From assembly GCA_963706515.1 (NCBI GenBank), contig CAVPMW010000010.1, positions 54,377 to 118,376 of the forward strand: 64,000 nucleotides of DNA, read 5' to 3'. Under the pieces are notes generated by a model. It was not told the origin of the DNA. It was given only the letters and a program-made list of their open reading frames with translations, and searched no databases. Of the stretch, positions 37,098 to 48,012 are shown piece by piece; position 1 is the stretch's first letter, and every line of letters starts with the position of its first letter. This DNA comes from an uncultured Chloroflexia bacterium. GTDB taxonomy: Bacteria > Chloroflexota > Anaerolineae > Anaerolineales > UBA4823. The position numbers and the translations under genes were made by a program.

Positions 37098-39269
37098 TCA
37101 GTTCTTTACCTGCAGGTTCGCCAACGAGGCGGCCACACGTTTCAAACCAACATTCTCAAAGAATATATCGACGATCTCATCCCCATCTTGGAGGCGGCTG
37201 TTTAAAACCATACCTTCGTGCCAGACCGGGTGCTCCACCCGCATTCCGGGGTGGAAGCGCGCCTCGATCCGAACCGAGCTCGCGGAAACATCGCTCCAGC
37301 GCGAAGGCATGGACTGGCGACGAGCTGTTTGCCGCCTCTCTTGACCTGGTTGGACATCCTCTATCAGATCTGCGGGTAGATCTTCCAAAAAGCGGGATGG
37401 ATCGACCGGTTCGAGGTAGCCGTAGGAGCTGCGGTTCTGCGGATAGACCAGATACAGCCGGTCTTCGGCGCGGGTGATGCCGACGTAGAGCAGGCGGCGC
37501 TCCTCCATCATGCCCTCCGGGTCGTCGAACGAGCGGCTGTGCGGTAAGATTCCATCGTTGAGACCGACGATGAGCACAATCCGGAACTCCAGACCTTTGG
37601 CTGCGTGCAGCGTCAGCAAAGTGGGCGCATTGGCGCTGGCGTCGATCGTATCCTGGTCTGAAACCAGAGCGAGCTGCTCCAGGAATATCTCCAATCCGGC
37701 TTCCTGGTACTCGGCTGCCAGGCGGCGCAGCTCAACCACATTTTCCCAGCGGTCTTCGCCTTCTTCGCTGCCATCGTCTATATAAGCATGGTAGCCGTTG
37801 CCTTCCAGGATGCGGTCGAGCAAGTCGAGCGGGCTGAGCGAATCTTTCATTCCTATCCAGTCCACCAAGAGCCTGCCAAAACCTGCTAAGGCTGCCCCGT
37901 AACGCCCGCTGAAGGCTTCCAGGTGTTTTGAAGCTTTGCCGAGTCCCAGATCTAGCAGCAGTTCACCTGAAGACAGCTTATTTCGCTGGGCATAAGTTTT
38001 TAAGGATTGGAGAGTCTTATCACCGATCCCGCGGGGAGGCACATTGAGGATGCGCATCAGGCTGATTTCATCCTGAGGATTGTGCACCAGGCGCAAATAC
38101 GCGATCAGGTCTTTGATCTCCCGGCGACCGTAGAAACGCAGCGCCCCGACTAATTTATATGGCAGATTGGCGTGCAGGAAAGCCTCTTCGAGAAGGCGGG
38201 ACTGCGCGTTGGTGCGGTACATCACTGCAAAATCACCTGGCTGAGCGTGGTCGCGGGCAACCAGGCTGGCAATCGTATCCACCACGAATGCAGCCTCGCT
38301 GCGGTCGTCAGACACTTCAACGAGGGCAGCTTTTTGTCCCTGGCCGCGCTCCGTAAATAACCGCTTGGGAGTGCGATAAGGATTGCGGTCAATAACTGCC
38401 ATCGCAACATCCAGAATCGATTGGGTAGAACGATAATTCTGCTCGAGCAGTATCTTTTGGCTGTCCGGATAATCCTCTTCGAAGCGGATAAGGTTGTGAT
38501 AGTCCGCGCCGCGCCAGCGATAGATGGATTGGTCCGTATCCCCCACGACAAAGATGTTCCGGTGAATAGAAGCGAGGTGTTTAAGCAGGACGTATTGCGC
38601 GTAATTGGTATCCTGGAACTCATCGACGAGTACGTGCTCGAATTTCCGGGCATAACGATTGCGCACTGCAGCATTCTCTTCCAGCAATGTGGCGGTCCAG
38701 AGCAGCAAATCATCGAAGTCCAATCCGTTATTTGCCAGCAGGATTTCCTGGTAGCGCTTGAATACCCGGCGGGTCACTTCGTCCCGGTAGTTGGTTACCG
38801 GATAGGTATCTGGCAGTATCAGCTCGTTCTTGGCGCGTGAGATGCCCGCGTGGATCCCTCCTGGGCGGTATTGTTTTTCATCGAGGTTCAGGTCCTTCAA
38901 GGCCTGGGTGACTATATCGAGCTGGTCGTCAGCGTCGTAAATGATGAAATTCGATTTGAAAGGAAGGTTATCTGCCTCCCGCCGTAAAATACGGGCGCAG
39001 GTCGCGTGGAAAGTACCCAAAGTCAATCCCTGGCTGGTTTCGCCCAGGAGCAGCTGCACGCGGCTCTCCATCTCTCTAGCAGCTTTGTTAGTAAAAGTGA
39101 CTGCCAGGATGTTATATGGGCTGACCCCCATCGATCCGATTAAATAGGCTATTCGGTGGGTGAGAACGCGTGTCTTTCCGGAGCCGGGTCCTGCGAGTAC
39201 CAATATCGGTCCGAGACCAGCCATAATGGCCTGTTGTTGGGGGTAGTTTAAATCTTTAAGTAAATCCAT
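37098..39269 (-). CDS. pcrA: ATP-dependent DNA helicase PcrA/UvrD (SF1A)
   Basis: 723 aa. Motifs LN..Q..A......GP.LVLAGPGSGKTRVLT.RIAYL, TFTNKAA.EM, VDEFQDTN..QY, GD.DQSIY.WRGA, T.H.AKGLEF and LLYVG.TRA. Confidence 0.9.
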   Translation of the reverse strand: MDLLKDLNYPQQQAIMAGLGPILVLAGPGSGKTRVLTHRIAYLIGSMGVSPYNILAVTFTNKAAREMESRVQLLLGETSQGLTLGTFHATCARILRREADNLPFKSNFIIYDADDQLDIVTQALKDLNLDEKQYRPGGIHAGISRAKNELILPDTYPVTNYRDEVTRRVFKRYQEILLANNGLDFDDLLLWTATLLEENAAVRNRYARKFEHVLVDEFQDTNYAQYVLLKHLASIHRNIFVVGDTDQSIYRWRGADYHNLIRFEEDYPDSQKILLEQNYRSTQSILDVAMAVIDRNPYRTPKRLFTERGQGQKAALVEVSDDRSEAAFVVDTIASLVARDHAQPGDFAVMYRTNAQSRLLEEAFLHANLPYKLVGALRFYGRREIKDLIAYLRLVHNPQDEISLMRILNVPPRGIGDKTLQSLKTYAQRNKLSSGELLLDLGLGKASKHLEAFSGRYGAALAGFGRLLVDWIGMKDSLSPLDLLDRILEGNGYHAYIDDGSEEGEDRWENVVELRRLAAEYQEAGLEIFLEQLALVSDQDTIDASANAPTLLTLHAAKGLEFRIVLIVGLNDGILPHSRSFDDPEGMMEERRLLYVGITRAEDRLYLVYPQNRSSYGYLEPVDPSRFLEDLPADLIEDVQPGQERRQTARRQSMPSRWSDVSASSVRIEARFHPGMRVEHPVWHEGMVLNSRLQDGDEIVDIFFENVGLKRVAASLANLQVKN

Positions 39270-39385
39270 TCGCTATCTCGAGGCAGGTGAACGTGGCGGG
39301 TAGTAAACGAGCTCGGATCCAGGAAGTAACCCATTCTACCGTCAGCAGATTCGCATGTCAACGTTGTGAATTGAAGGTCTCACAG

Positions 39386-39414
39386 TTGCCAAGTCCTTCA
39401 CCATACGCTAAAAT
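39386..39414 (+). promoter_or_regulatory. sigma70-like promoter positioned for a leaderless holB mRNA
   Basis: TTGCCA (39386..39391), a 17-nt spacer, TAAAAT (39409..39414), then 6 nt and ATG 39421. No Shine-Dalgarno in between. Confidence 0.45.
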
Positions 39415-39420
39415 CAGCCT

Positions 39421-40410
39421 ATGTCTTGGAATATGATCGGTCATGAATGGGCAACTGCGCTGCTCCAGGGACACCTGCGCCGCGAGCGCTTGCGGCAGGC
39501 CTATCTCATCTCTGGACCGCCCGGCAGTGGGAGGCGTACGCTTGCCGTACATTTTGCACAGGCGATCAACTGCCCCCAGCCTTTAGCTCCAGGGGAGCCT
39601 TGCCTCACCTGCCGCACTTGCCTGGCGATCGAGCGGATGGCGCACCCCGATTTATTCGTTGTGCAGTCCGAGCTGCCCGGAGGAACGCTGAAAGTAGACC
39701 AGGTGCGCAGCCTGCAGCACGACCTGGCGCTTTCCCCTTACGAGGCGCGCTACCGCATCGCGATTTTGTTACGTTTTGAAGAAGCACATCCCGGCGCGGC
39801 GAATGCGCTTCTAAAAGTTTTAGAAGAACCTCCCGCGCAGGTCATCCTGCTGCTGACTGCCAGCAGCAGCGAAGAGCTGCTCCCGACGATCATCTCACGC
39901 TGCGAGTTAATTCCACTCCGCCCGGTGCCAGAAGCCCAGGTCAGCGCTGGCCTGCAATCTCAGCTGGGATTGAGCCCAGAGCGAGCCGACCTGCTAGCTC
40001 ATCTTTCGGGGGGACGGCCAGGATACGCCATTACCCTGGAAAAAGAGCCGGAGAAATTCGAGCAGCGCAATGCCTGGCTGGGCGAGATGCTCGACCTGCT
40101 GACCAGCGACCGGGTGGAGCGGTTCCGCTACTCCGAGAGATTAGCGAAGGATAGGGTCCTTACGCAAAAGGCGCTGCAAACCTGGCTCCTGTTTTGGAGA
40201 GACATCATGCTGCGAGCGAGCGGAGCCACGGCGCCGTTGATCAACCTGGACCGAGAAGCCGAGATAGACGAACTGGCGGTATTTTACGGGATGACGACCG
40301 CTTCCAGGGTCGTCCATGCGATTGAAAAAACGATGAGCCTGGTAGACAAAAACGTGAACGCGCGCCTGGCAACAGAGAACCTGATGCTGGTCCTGCCCTT
40401 TCGAGCATGA
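39421..40410 (+). CDS. holB: DNA polymerase III delta' subunit
   Basis: 329 aa. Motifs ...AYLISGPPGSGRRTLA..FAQA.NC and C..C..C......HPD; AAA+ clamp-loader pattern. Confidence 0.8.
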   Translation: MSWNMIGHEWATALLQGHLRRERLRQAYLISGPPGSGRRTLAVHFAQAINCPQPLAPGEPCLTCRTCLAIERMAHPDLFVVQSELPGGTLKVDQVRSLQHDLALSPYEARYRIAILLRFEEAHPGAANALLKVLEEPPAQVILLLTASSSEELLPTIISRCELIPLRPVPEAQVSAGLQSQLGLSPERADLLAHLSGGRPGYAITLEKEPEKFEQRNAWLGEMLDLLTSDRVERFRYSERLAKDRVLTQKALQTWLLFWRDIMLRASGATAPLINLDREAEIDELAVFYGMTTASRVVHAIEKTMSLVDKNVNARLATENLMLVLPFRA

Positions 40411-40497
40411 CGCCGGTTTAGCGACCCAACATAACTGAGAGAAATCTCGCGATCTAATTGTGCTATACTCTACTGGCGAAATTTCCCGTGCATTTGA

Positions 40498-42637
40498 GTG
40501 AATAAGATGGCAAAATCCGCCATAAAGGCCAAGCCATTACAGAAGGGTAAGGATGCACAGCCAGAGACAGCCCGGGCTTCTCTGGAGCTGCTCTATAACA
40601 TCAGCCGGGAGTTCGCTGCGGCTCTTGATTTACGCACGGTTTTGCAGCGTGTTTTATTCCTCTCTGTCCAATATATTGGTGCAATCAGCGGCTCGGTCAT
40701 CGTGCTGGATGACCTGGGCAAACCGATTGAACTCGGCTCTCATATTCCGGAACCAGTTTCACGAGCACATCACCCGCCAGCTGCGCGATACCCTCGATCA
40801 CGGTCTCGCCGGCTGGGTCGTAAAGAACCGGCAGCCTGCGCTCGTCCAGGACACAAGCAAAGATCCTCGCTGGCTGCGCCGTCCCGACGATGACCCGGCT
40901 CAAACCGGACCGAAATCGGCGGTAAGCGCACCGATCCTGGCGCGTGACCGTCTGGTAGGTGTTTTGACCCTGGTTCACCCCCAGCCGGGGAAGTTCAACC
41001 TCGATCATTTTGAGCTTGTCCAATCCATCGCAGACCAGGCGGGGATTGCGATCGTAAACGCACGCCTTTATGCCGAAAGCCAGCGCCAGGCACGCGTAAT
41101 GACAGCTGTTGCAGAAAGCGCGGCAGTCATCACCGCGTCGCTGAACCCGGATGAGGTCTTAAATCGCATCCTGGAGCAAGTAAGTCAAGCTCTGCGCGTA
41201 GAAGTGGTATCTCTGGCGCTGTTAGACAAGAATTCTCACGTGCTGGAGTTCCGGGCGACGACCTCTGCGGATAAAAATAATATCATCGGGCGTAAATTAG
41301 AACTAGGACAAGGAGTAGCCGGTTGGGTCGCGCTGAAAGGGCGTGGAGCGGTAGTGCATGACGCATACAGCGATCCCCGGTTTTATCCGGATATCGACCG
41401 GGGGACGGGGTTCAAAACTCAAGCGATCGCCTCTGCTCCAGTGCTGCTCCAGGGTGAAGTGATCGGCGTCATCGAGGCAATCAACCCATTAGATGGAAAA
41501 TTCGACCAGGATGCGTTATTAGTCCTGGCTGGGGTGGGGAATCTGGCTGGCACTGCTATCCGCCATGCAGAGCTGTTTGAAAGCCTGCAAGCTGCTCATA
41601 AGCGCTACCGGGAGCTGTTCGAGGATAGCATTGAGCCGATCATTGTTACCGACTGGCAGGGTCGCATTTTCGAAGCTAACCGGTATGCGAAAGTAACAAT
41701 CGGTATCGATGAGGAAGCGCTGAGAAATTATTCCATCACTCATTTGCACGGAATCGACTGGGCAAAAGTTGGATCAGCTTTTGAGAACCTTGCCGCAGGC
41801 GAGACAATATCCTACGAGTCCCTGCTCTATATAACTGATGAGCAGGAGATGCCCGTTCAGGTATACGTTCGCAAAGTACATATTGAAGGGGTCGCTTACC
41901 TTCAATGGATCTTCCGTGACCTTACCGAGAGGAAGCGGTTAGACCGGCTGCGCGAGGATATGGCGTCAATGATCTTTCACGACCTGCGGTCGCCGCTCGG
42001 AAATATCGTCTCCAGCCTGGATATATTATCCACGTTGCTGCCTGAAAATGAGGAAGGACCGCGCTCCCTGGTAGACATCGCCATGCGTTCTACGGAACGC
42101 ATCCAACGCCTGACGAACTCACTCCTGGATATCAGCCATCTGGAAGCTGGTCAGCCCCTGGGGAACTGCCAGCCCGTCGCGATCTGGACTTTGGTCGATG
42201 ATGCTGTGGATGCATTAGCCGCAATCGCCAAAAATAAAAAACAGCAGATCGACCTTGCCATCCCAACGGATCTGCCAGAGGTTTCAGTTGATCAAGATAT
42301 GATTCGCCGGGTGCTGATCAACCTGATCGAGAATGCTATCAAGTTTTCTTCATCCGAGGGAAAAATCGCAATCGGTGCAAAAGCGGATGACACAGCGATC
42401 ATTGTTTGGGTAAAGGACGATGGCCCCGGCATCCCGCAGGGAGAACAGGGACGCATATTCGAAAAATTCATTCGATTACAGCAGAGAGGCGAGCCGAAAG
42501 GGCTTGGGTTGGGATTGGCGTATTGTCGTCTGGCAATCCAGGCTCATGGCGGACGTATCTGGGTGGAAAGTGAAGCTGGTAACGGGGCTGCATTCTTTTT
42601 TACCTTGCCGGTAATCCCTCAAGACCTGATGGCCTGA
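40498..42637 (+). pseudogene. GAF-GAF-PAS sensor histidine kinase with one apparent frameshift near 40730
   Basis: ORF 40498..40893 carries the start of GAF-1 (...LELLYNISREFAAALDLRTVLQRVL...VIVLDDLGKPIE). The next frame (ORF 40553..42637) continues with SALIFRNQFHEH...AGWVVKNRQPALV..., then a second GAF, a PAS, the H-box FHDLRSPL and HATPase motifs (NLIENAIKF, DDGPGIP, GLGLGLA). Confidence 0.75.
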
Positions 42638-42683
42638 GTCCGAATATTGCCGGCTCGAATCCAAGAATTCTTAATGGAGATTT

Positions 42684-43556
42684 ATGCGACAGCTTGAGAG
42701 AGGCATATTTTACGAGGACAGCTATCTCGGCGTAACTTTAGGCGGACTGGTATTTTCCCACGGGACGATCATCATCGATGCACCCTTACGAATTGAAGAT
42801 GCACGGTCCTGGCGGTCAAGCCTGCTTAATCAGCGAGGTGGCTCTAACCGGGTCCTGGTTAACCTGGATGCTCACCCGGATAGGACCCTGGGTTCACGCT
42901 CATTAGAGAGCCCAATTATCGCCCACCAAAAAGCAGCCCAGGTTTTCCGTAATCGCTCCACAATTTTTAAAGGCCAGGCGACCCAAACCGGCGCATTATG
43001 GGAGGACTACGACGATGCAATCGGTCTGCGCTGGGCTGTCCCAGACGTTACTTTCAACCAGGCTATGTACCTGCATTGGGGAGGACCTGAGGTAATCCTG
43101 GAGCACCACCCTGGGCCTGCAGCCGGGGCAAGCTGGGTTGTGATTCCAACCGTTCAAGTCGTTTTCATTGGAGACGCAGTGGTGGTGGACCAGCCGCCAT
43201 TCTTAGCCCATGCCGACCTGGATGAGTGGCTGGCGACAATTGAGCTGCTTCAAACAGATTACAAGCAGTTTTACCGGGTCAGCGGGCGAGGTGGCGTAAT
43301 CACGGATGAGGATGTAAAAAAGCTGCGCGGATTCTTGATGCTGGTGCGCGATAAGCTCGAGAAGCTCGCCAGCCGGAATGAGCTGCCCGAAGCAACCGAA
43401 GGATTGGTTTCCTCCTTATTGGCGAAGCTCAATTTTCCGGCAAAGTGGCGAGAAAAGTATTCGCAGCGGTTGCGCTACGGTCTATACCAATATTACGCCC
43501 GCCATTACCGATCCTCCACATCCTTAGAAGCCGGTCAGCAAATTGAGGTTGAATAA
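42684..43556 (+). CDS. MBL-fold-like protein with degenerate metal motif
   Basis: 290 aa. ...TIIIDAPL...VLVNLDAHPDRT... occupies the position of HxHxDH, and a later ...FIGDAVV... is present. Weak family call. Confidence 0.4.
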   Translation: MRQLERGIFYEDSYLGVTLGGLVFSHGTIIIDAPLRIEDARSWRSSLLNQRGGSNRVLVNLDAHPDRTLGSRSLESPIIAHQKAAQVFRNRSTIFKGQATQTGALWEDYDDAIGLRWAVPDVTFNQAMYLHWGGPEVILEHHPGPAAGASWVVIPTVQVVFIGDAVVVDQPPFLAHADLDEWLATIELLQTDYKQFYRVSGRGGVITDEDVKKLRGFLMLVRDKLEKLASRNELPEATEGLVSSLLAKLNFPAKWREKYSQRLRYGLYQYYARHYRSSTSLEAGQQIEVE

Positions 43557-43604
43557 GGAATCTTGAACAAAGTAGTCTCCTGGAGCCCGCGCCTCAAGCA
43601 GTCG

Positions 43605-44693
43605 ATGACCATGCCCGAATCCGATTATTCCCCGATGTATGTGCTTACCCGAGGCGAAACTGTCGAATCAATCCATTATGGCTCGGCAGCGGTAGTTTCT
43701 GCTGATGGAAAGTTGATCGCCTGGTATGGGAATCCCAATGCGGTCGCGTTCCTGCGCTCCACAGCCAAGCCTTTCCAGGCGCTGCCATTCCTGGAAAATG
43801 GGGGAGACGTCTATTATGGATTGAGCGCCCAGGAAATTGCTATAACCTGCGCATCTCATACTGGGACCGATCAGCATCTGAGTGTCGTGAGCCTCTACCA
43901 GCAGATGGTAGGAGTATCTGAGTCCGAGCTGCTTTGCGGCGCTCATATGCCGAGCGACGTGAACAGCGCCAGAGCGCTGCGCGACAGAAACGAGCTGCCT
44001 ACCCCCAACTACAATAATTGTTCAGGGAAACATACCGGCATGCTGGCATACGCAAAGATGATGGCGGCTAACGGAGATCAACTCCCGCAAGACATGCCTT
44101 ACATCGATTTTTCTCACCCTGTGCAAACCAATATCCGCAAGACCGTTGCTGAGATATGCGGTTTAGCGGAGCAGGAGATTAAATTGGGGATCGATGGCTG
44201 TTCCGCACCGAATTTTGCCATCCCCTTGCAGAATACTGCCCTGGGGTTTGCGCGGCTTTGCGACCCGGAGATCGGCGAAGTCCAATCCCAGGCACGCGCG
44301 ACCGCGTGCCGGCAGGTCACTCGAGCGATGCAGGAATATCCGGTTTTGGTCAGGGGACCAGGCAGGTTCGATACGGCACTCATAGAGACGGGCAAGGGAA
44401 GGCTCATCTCGAAGGGTGGAGCTGAGGGTTATTATGGGATTGGATTACTACCGGGTGTGCTGCGTCCTGGATCGCCAGGGGTGGGTATCGCAATTAAGAT
44501 CTCAGACGGCGACCCGGAAGACCGGGCGGGCTCGGCGGTGGCGTTAGATATTCTCACACAGTTAGGGGTTTTCAGTGCCGATGATTTATCCAACATGGCA
44601 CAATTTGGTCCAATTCGACCTGTATACAACTGGCGAAAGATTGTTGTGGGGCAAGGGCGCCCGGTTTTCTCGCTCCGTTTTGCAGGTGAATGA
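43605..44693 (+). CDS. L-asparaginase II family protein (Rhizobium-type asparaginase)
   Basis: Motifs ...LRSTAKPFQALPFLE..., ...ASHTGTD.H... and NNCSGKHTGMLA. The ORF-track start 43563 is TTG; ATG 43605 or 43611 is more likely. Confidence 0.65.
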   Translation: MTMPESDYSPMYVLTRGETVESIHYGSAAVVSADGKLIAWYGNPNAVAFLRSTAKPFQALPFLENGGDVYYGLSAQEIAITCASHTGTDQHLSVVSLYQQMVGVSESELLCGAHMPSDVNSARALRDRNELPTPNYNNCSGKHTGMLAYAKMMAANGDQLPQDMPYIDFSHPVQTNIRKTVAEICGLAEQEIKLGIDGCSAPNFAIPLQNTALGFARLCDPEIGEVQSQARATACRQVTRAMQEYPVLVRGPGRFDTALIETGKGRLISKGGAEGYYGIGLLPGVLRPGSPGVGIAIKISDGDPEDRAGSAVALDILTQLGVFSADDLSNMAQFGPIRPVYNWRKIVVGQGRPVFSLRFAGE

Positions 44694-45399
44694 CGAATTG
44701 ACTGTAACCGAACAGCTTCTGGCTGAAAAAGCCCGTGAAGTCCACGCACGATTGCTGGAGTTCTACGGGTATCCAGCCTGGCCCCAACCGCTCCCACCCG
44801 TCGACGAGCTGGTCTCAACGATCCTATCGCAGAATACAAATGATGCCAATCGCGATCGCTCCTTCAAAGCCCTGCGCGAGCGATTTCCGACCTGGGAATC
44901 CGTGCGGGATGCTCCTGAAAGCTCAGTTATCGCGGCAATCCGCCCGGCGGGCCTGGCAAACCAGAAAGGGCCGCGCATCCAGGCAGTCTTACGCCAGATC
45001 AGCTCCGAAAGGGGAGACCTTGATTTGACCTTCCTGGCGGATATGCCCACGGAGCAAGCCCGCCAGTGGCTGATGCGATTCAAAGGGGTTGGACCAAAAA
45101 CTGCTGCGATCGTCCTGCAATTTTCGTTTGACAAAGCAGCCTTTCCAGTGGATACCCACATCTACCGGGTGACAGGTCGCCTCGGTCTGCGCCGGCAAAA
45201 GATGACCGTAGAGCAATCCCATGAATATCTCGCTCAATTATTCCAGCCGGAAACTTATTATGCAGCTCATCTAAATATCATCCGCCTGGGGAGGGAAATC
45301 TGCCACCCTCGCCATCCCGACTGCCCAGGCTGCCCGCTGCGAGGTGTGTGTGATGCTTACCAGGAACGTCCCGCCGGCGCAGAGAGGGCGAATTTTTAG
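44686..45399 (+). CDS. nth: endonuclease III (HhH-GPD DNA glycosylase with [4Fe-4S] cluster loop)
   Basis: Motifs LVSTILSQNT.D, GVGPKTAA.VL and PVDTH..R. C-terminal C-x6-C-x2-C-x5-C (CHPRHPDCPGCPLRGVC). Start uncertain (GTG 44686 or TTG 44698); the longer ORF-track start overlaps the asparaginase. Confidence 0.8.
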   Translation: MNDELTVTEQLLAEKAREVHARLLEFYGYPAWPQPLPPVDELVSTILSQNTNDANRDRSFKALRERFPTWESVRDAPESSVIAAIRPAGLANQKGPRIQAVLRQISSERGDLDLTFLADMPTEQARQWLMRFKGVGPKTAAIVLQFSFDKAAFPVDTHIYRVTGRLGLRRQKMTVEQSHEYLAQLFQPETYYAAHLNIIRLGREICHPRHPDCPGCPLRGVCDAYQERPAGAERANF

Positions 45400-45464
45400 A
45401 CCAGCTGACTGCTATCTGAGCTATTGATCAGGTTATACCTTGAATTGGAAGCCTGTGAAAAAAA

Positions 45465-47286
45465 GTGAGTGAGCCAAATCAAACCAAACTGAAAGAGCTA
45501 CAAATTGCCCTGGATAAACTGGAAAGCCAGCCGCTGCCAGTGGAGACGAGGGCTTTGTTGAGTGCAGCCCAAACTGAGCTCGGTTCATTGCTGATCGAAG
45601 AGGAAAAGGATAAAGAGCAAAGGCGGCTGGCGGCACTATTTCAGGTCTCGCATTCTATCGGCGCCTCTCTCGATCTGGATGTTGTCCTCAATCAAGTCAT
45701 GGATGCGGTGATCGACCTGACCAGCGCGGAGCGAGGCTTTCTCTTCCTGGGCGGGAAAGGCGAGGGGAAGTTGGAGCTGCGGGCTGCGCGCAATTACGAC
45801 GGAGAAGACCTGGAAGCAACACAAGCCGAAGTGAGCCAGACGGTGATCGATACAGTTTTGGAGAGTGGTGAGGGGGTGCTCAGCACCGATGCAATGTCTG
45901 ACCCGCGTTTTTCGCACCAGGATTCGGTGGTATTTTATTCACTTCGCTCGATCATGTGCGCACCATTGCAGGCGCGGGGCCAGGTTATCGGGGTTATTTA
46001 CGTTGACCACCGCGCCCAAACAGGGATATTCCATAAGGATGACCTGAGCTTGCTGAGCGCATTTGCCAACCAGGCTGCCAGCGCTATCGAGAATGCGCGC
46101 ATCTATACCCGCACTGACCGGGCGCTCGCGCAGCGCCTCGCAGAGCTGGAGCTCGTCACCCATATCGACCGGGATATGAATGCTCGCCTGGATTTCCAAC
46201 ACGTTCTGGCAATTATCCAGAACTGGGCGATACGAGGCACAGGCTCGAGCGCCTGCCAGATTTTCCTCGTATGGAATGAAACTCTGCCTGGTATGAACCT
46301 GCCGGACCAGGTTTATCCGATTACCCCGGATTCGCCTCACCTCATCCACCAAATCCTCGAGCGACAATCGCCGTATATCTCTGCACCGGAGGAAAACCAC
46401 CCGGCGCAGCTGATGGTTCCGATCCTCCTGGGCGATAGACCCCTCGGTCTAATTCTTGCAACTCGACCTTCATCATATACTGTACGGGATATGCAGTTCC
46501 TCACCCGGTTGGCACACCGGGCGGCGACAGCTATCGAGAATAGTCGGCTTTATTTGGCAGTCCAGCAAGCTAATTTAGCAAAATCGCAATTTGTCTCTGT
46601 GGTTACGCATGAGCTGCGTGCGCCCATGACTGCTATTCGTGGTTACGCTGAGCTGCTGTATCGCCAGGCAGCTGGTCCGATCAATGAGCAGCAGGGCGAC
46701 TTTCTCGAAATCATCCAGAACAATGTCGTCCGTATGGCAGCCCTGGTGTCAGATCTTTCGGATATCTCGCGGATCGAGTTCAGGTCAGCTCAAGCTGGTG
46801 CTGGAGAAGATCCAATTAGAGGGATGTATTACTGAAGCGATCAAGAATTTAACCCCGAAGATTGAGGAGAACGAGCTGGAAGTAGAATTGAAAATCCCGG
46901 CTGGGATTCCGGCAGTGATCGCTGACCCAAAGCGAGTGCTGCAGATTCTGGAGAATCTGTTGAGCAATGCCTGTAAATATACTCCAAAAGGAGGAAAGAT
47001 CCAGATCCAGGCTTACCCTGGCACAAAAGGAGTACGGTTAGAGATCACTGACACCGGGATTGGTATCAGCCCAGACGACCAGGCAGCTTTGTTTACCCAA
47101 TTTTTCCGGGCGGACCATCCCGTGGTCCTCGACCAGCCTGGCTGGGGATTGGGCCTCCACGTGACCCGCCGCCTGGTCGAGCTCATGGGGGGTGAGATTG
47201 GCGTGAAAAGCGCCCTGGACCAGGGAAGCACCTTCTGGTTCACATTGCCTTATTCCGGGGAAGTAAAGGACGATGAAGGCGCGTAA
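45465..47286 (+). pseudogene. GAF-GAF sensor histidine kinase with one apparent frameshift at about 46779
   Basis: ORF 45465..46835 ends ...VTHELRAPMTAIRGYAELL...SDLSDISRIE. ORF 46639..47286 continues SGQLKLVLEKIQL... followed by HATPase motifs (NLLSNACKYTP, DTGIGISP, GWGLGLHV). One extra base lies in GAGTTCAGG. Confidence 0.75.
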
Positions 47287-47884
47287 ATCTGGCAAGCGGC
47301 ACCTGCTGCTTCTCTACAAGCGCTCGATGGATCGCCTGTGGGGCTGGACGTTAGTGCTTGGGATTCTCCTGGCAATACTGTGGGTAGGGGATAGCTGGGA
47401 CATTCTGCCGATCTTCGCTGCGAACAGCTCAATCTGGCTGCTGGCAGGCGCGGCGGTATCTCTCGGATTTAGCGCGTTCGCTTTCATAGCCCGGCGAATG
47501 GCTTACGTGCAGGCGCGCCCCGACTGCATCTTGATCGTTACGCCTTTCCTGAAGCTGAAGATATCGTATCGCCGGATCCGCGCCATACATCCGACCAGTT
47601 TTCAACAGCTCTTTCCACCAGTAAAAATGGGATCCCTGCAGCGCAGGTTTCTGGAGCCATTTTATGGACAGACCGCAGTGGTCGTCGATCTGACCAGCTA
47701 TCCGATGAGGGAATCGTTACTGCGCCTGTTTTTACCCCCTCAGATGTTCTCTCCCGAGCACTCCGGGATGGTGTTGCTGGTAGCGGATTGGATGGATTTG
47801 AGCACCGAGCTCGACTCGCTCCAGGGAGGCTGGCTGCAGGATCGCGCTAACCAGCAGAGATTCAAAGCAACCCGCCGCGTCTAA
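47273..47884 (+). CDS. hypothetical membrane protein
   Basis: 203 aa with two N-terminal hydrophobic segments. Overlaps the end of the kinase ORF. No family recognised. Confidence 0.4.
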   Translation: MKARKSGKRHLLLLYKRSMDRLWGWTLVLGILLAILWVGDSWDILPIFAANSSIWLLAGAAVSLGFSAFAFIARRMAYVQARPDCILIVTPFLKLKISYRRIRAIHPTSFQQLFPPVKMGSLQRRFLEPFYGQTAVVVDLTSYPMRESLLRLFLPPQMFSPEHSGMVLLVADWMDLSTELDSLQGGWLQDRANQQRFKATRRV

Positions 47885-48012
47885 TTGTGCAATTTATCAC
47901 TTATTATCCGTGATTTTTGACAATAAAAGATTTTTCTATTGTTGAGTATGATAGCTGCGGATTGGTGAAGAACACAGCAGATTGCTCATCGCTGTTTCCT
48001 CCTTTGGCGAAG

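Noticed and set aside
37098-39269. The UvrD/PcrA helicase as part of a defence system (Gabija GajB-like or similar).
   Set aside because: It is a full-length canonical PcrA with all SF1A motifs. It sits among housekeeping genes (tsaE/tsaB/rimI, holB), and no partner nuclease or ATPase gene is adjacent.
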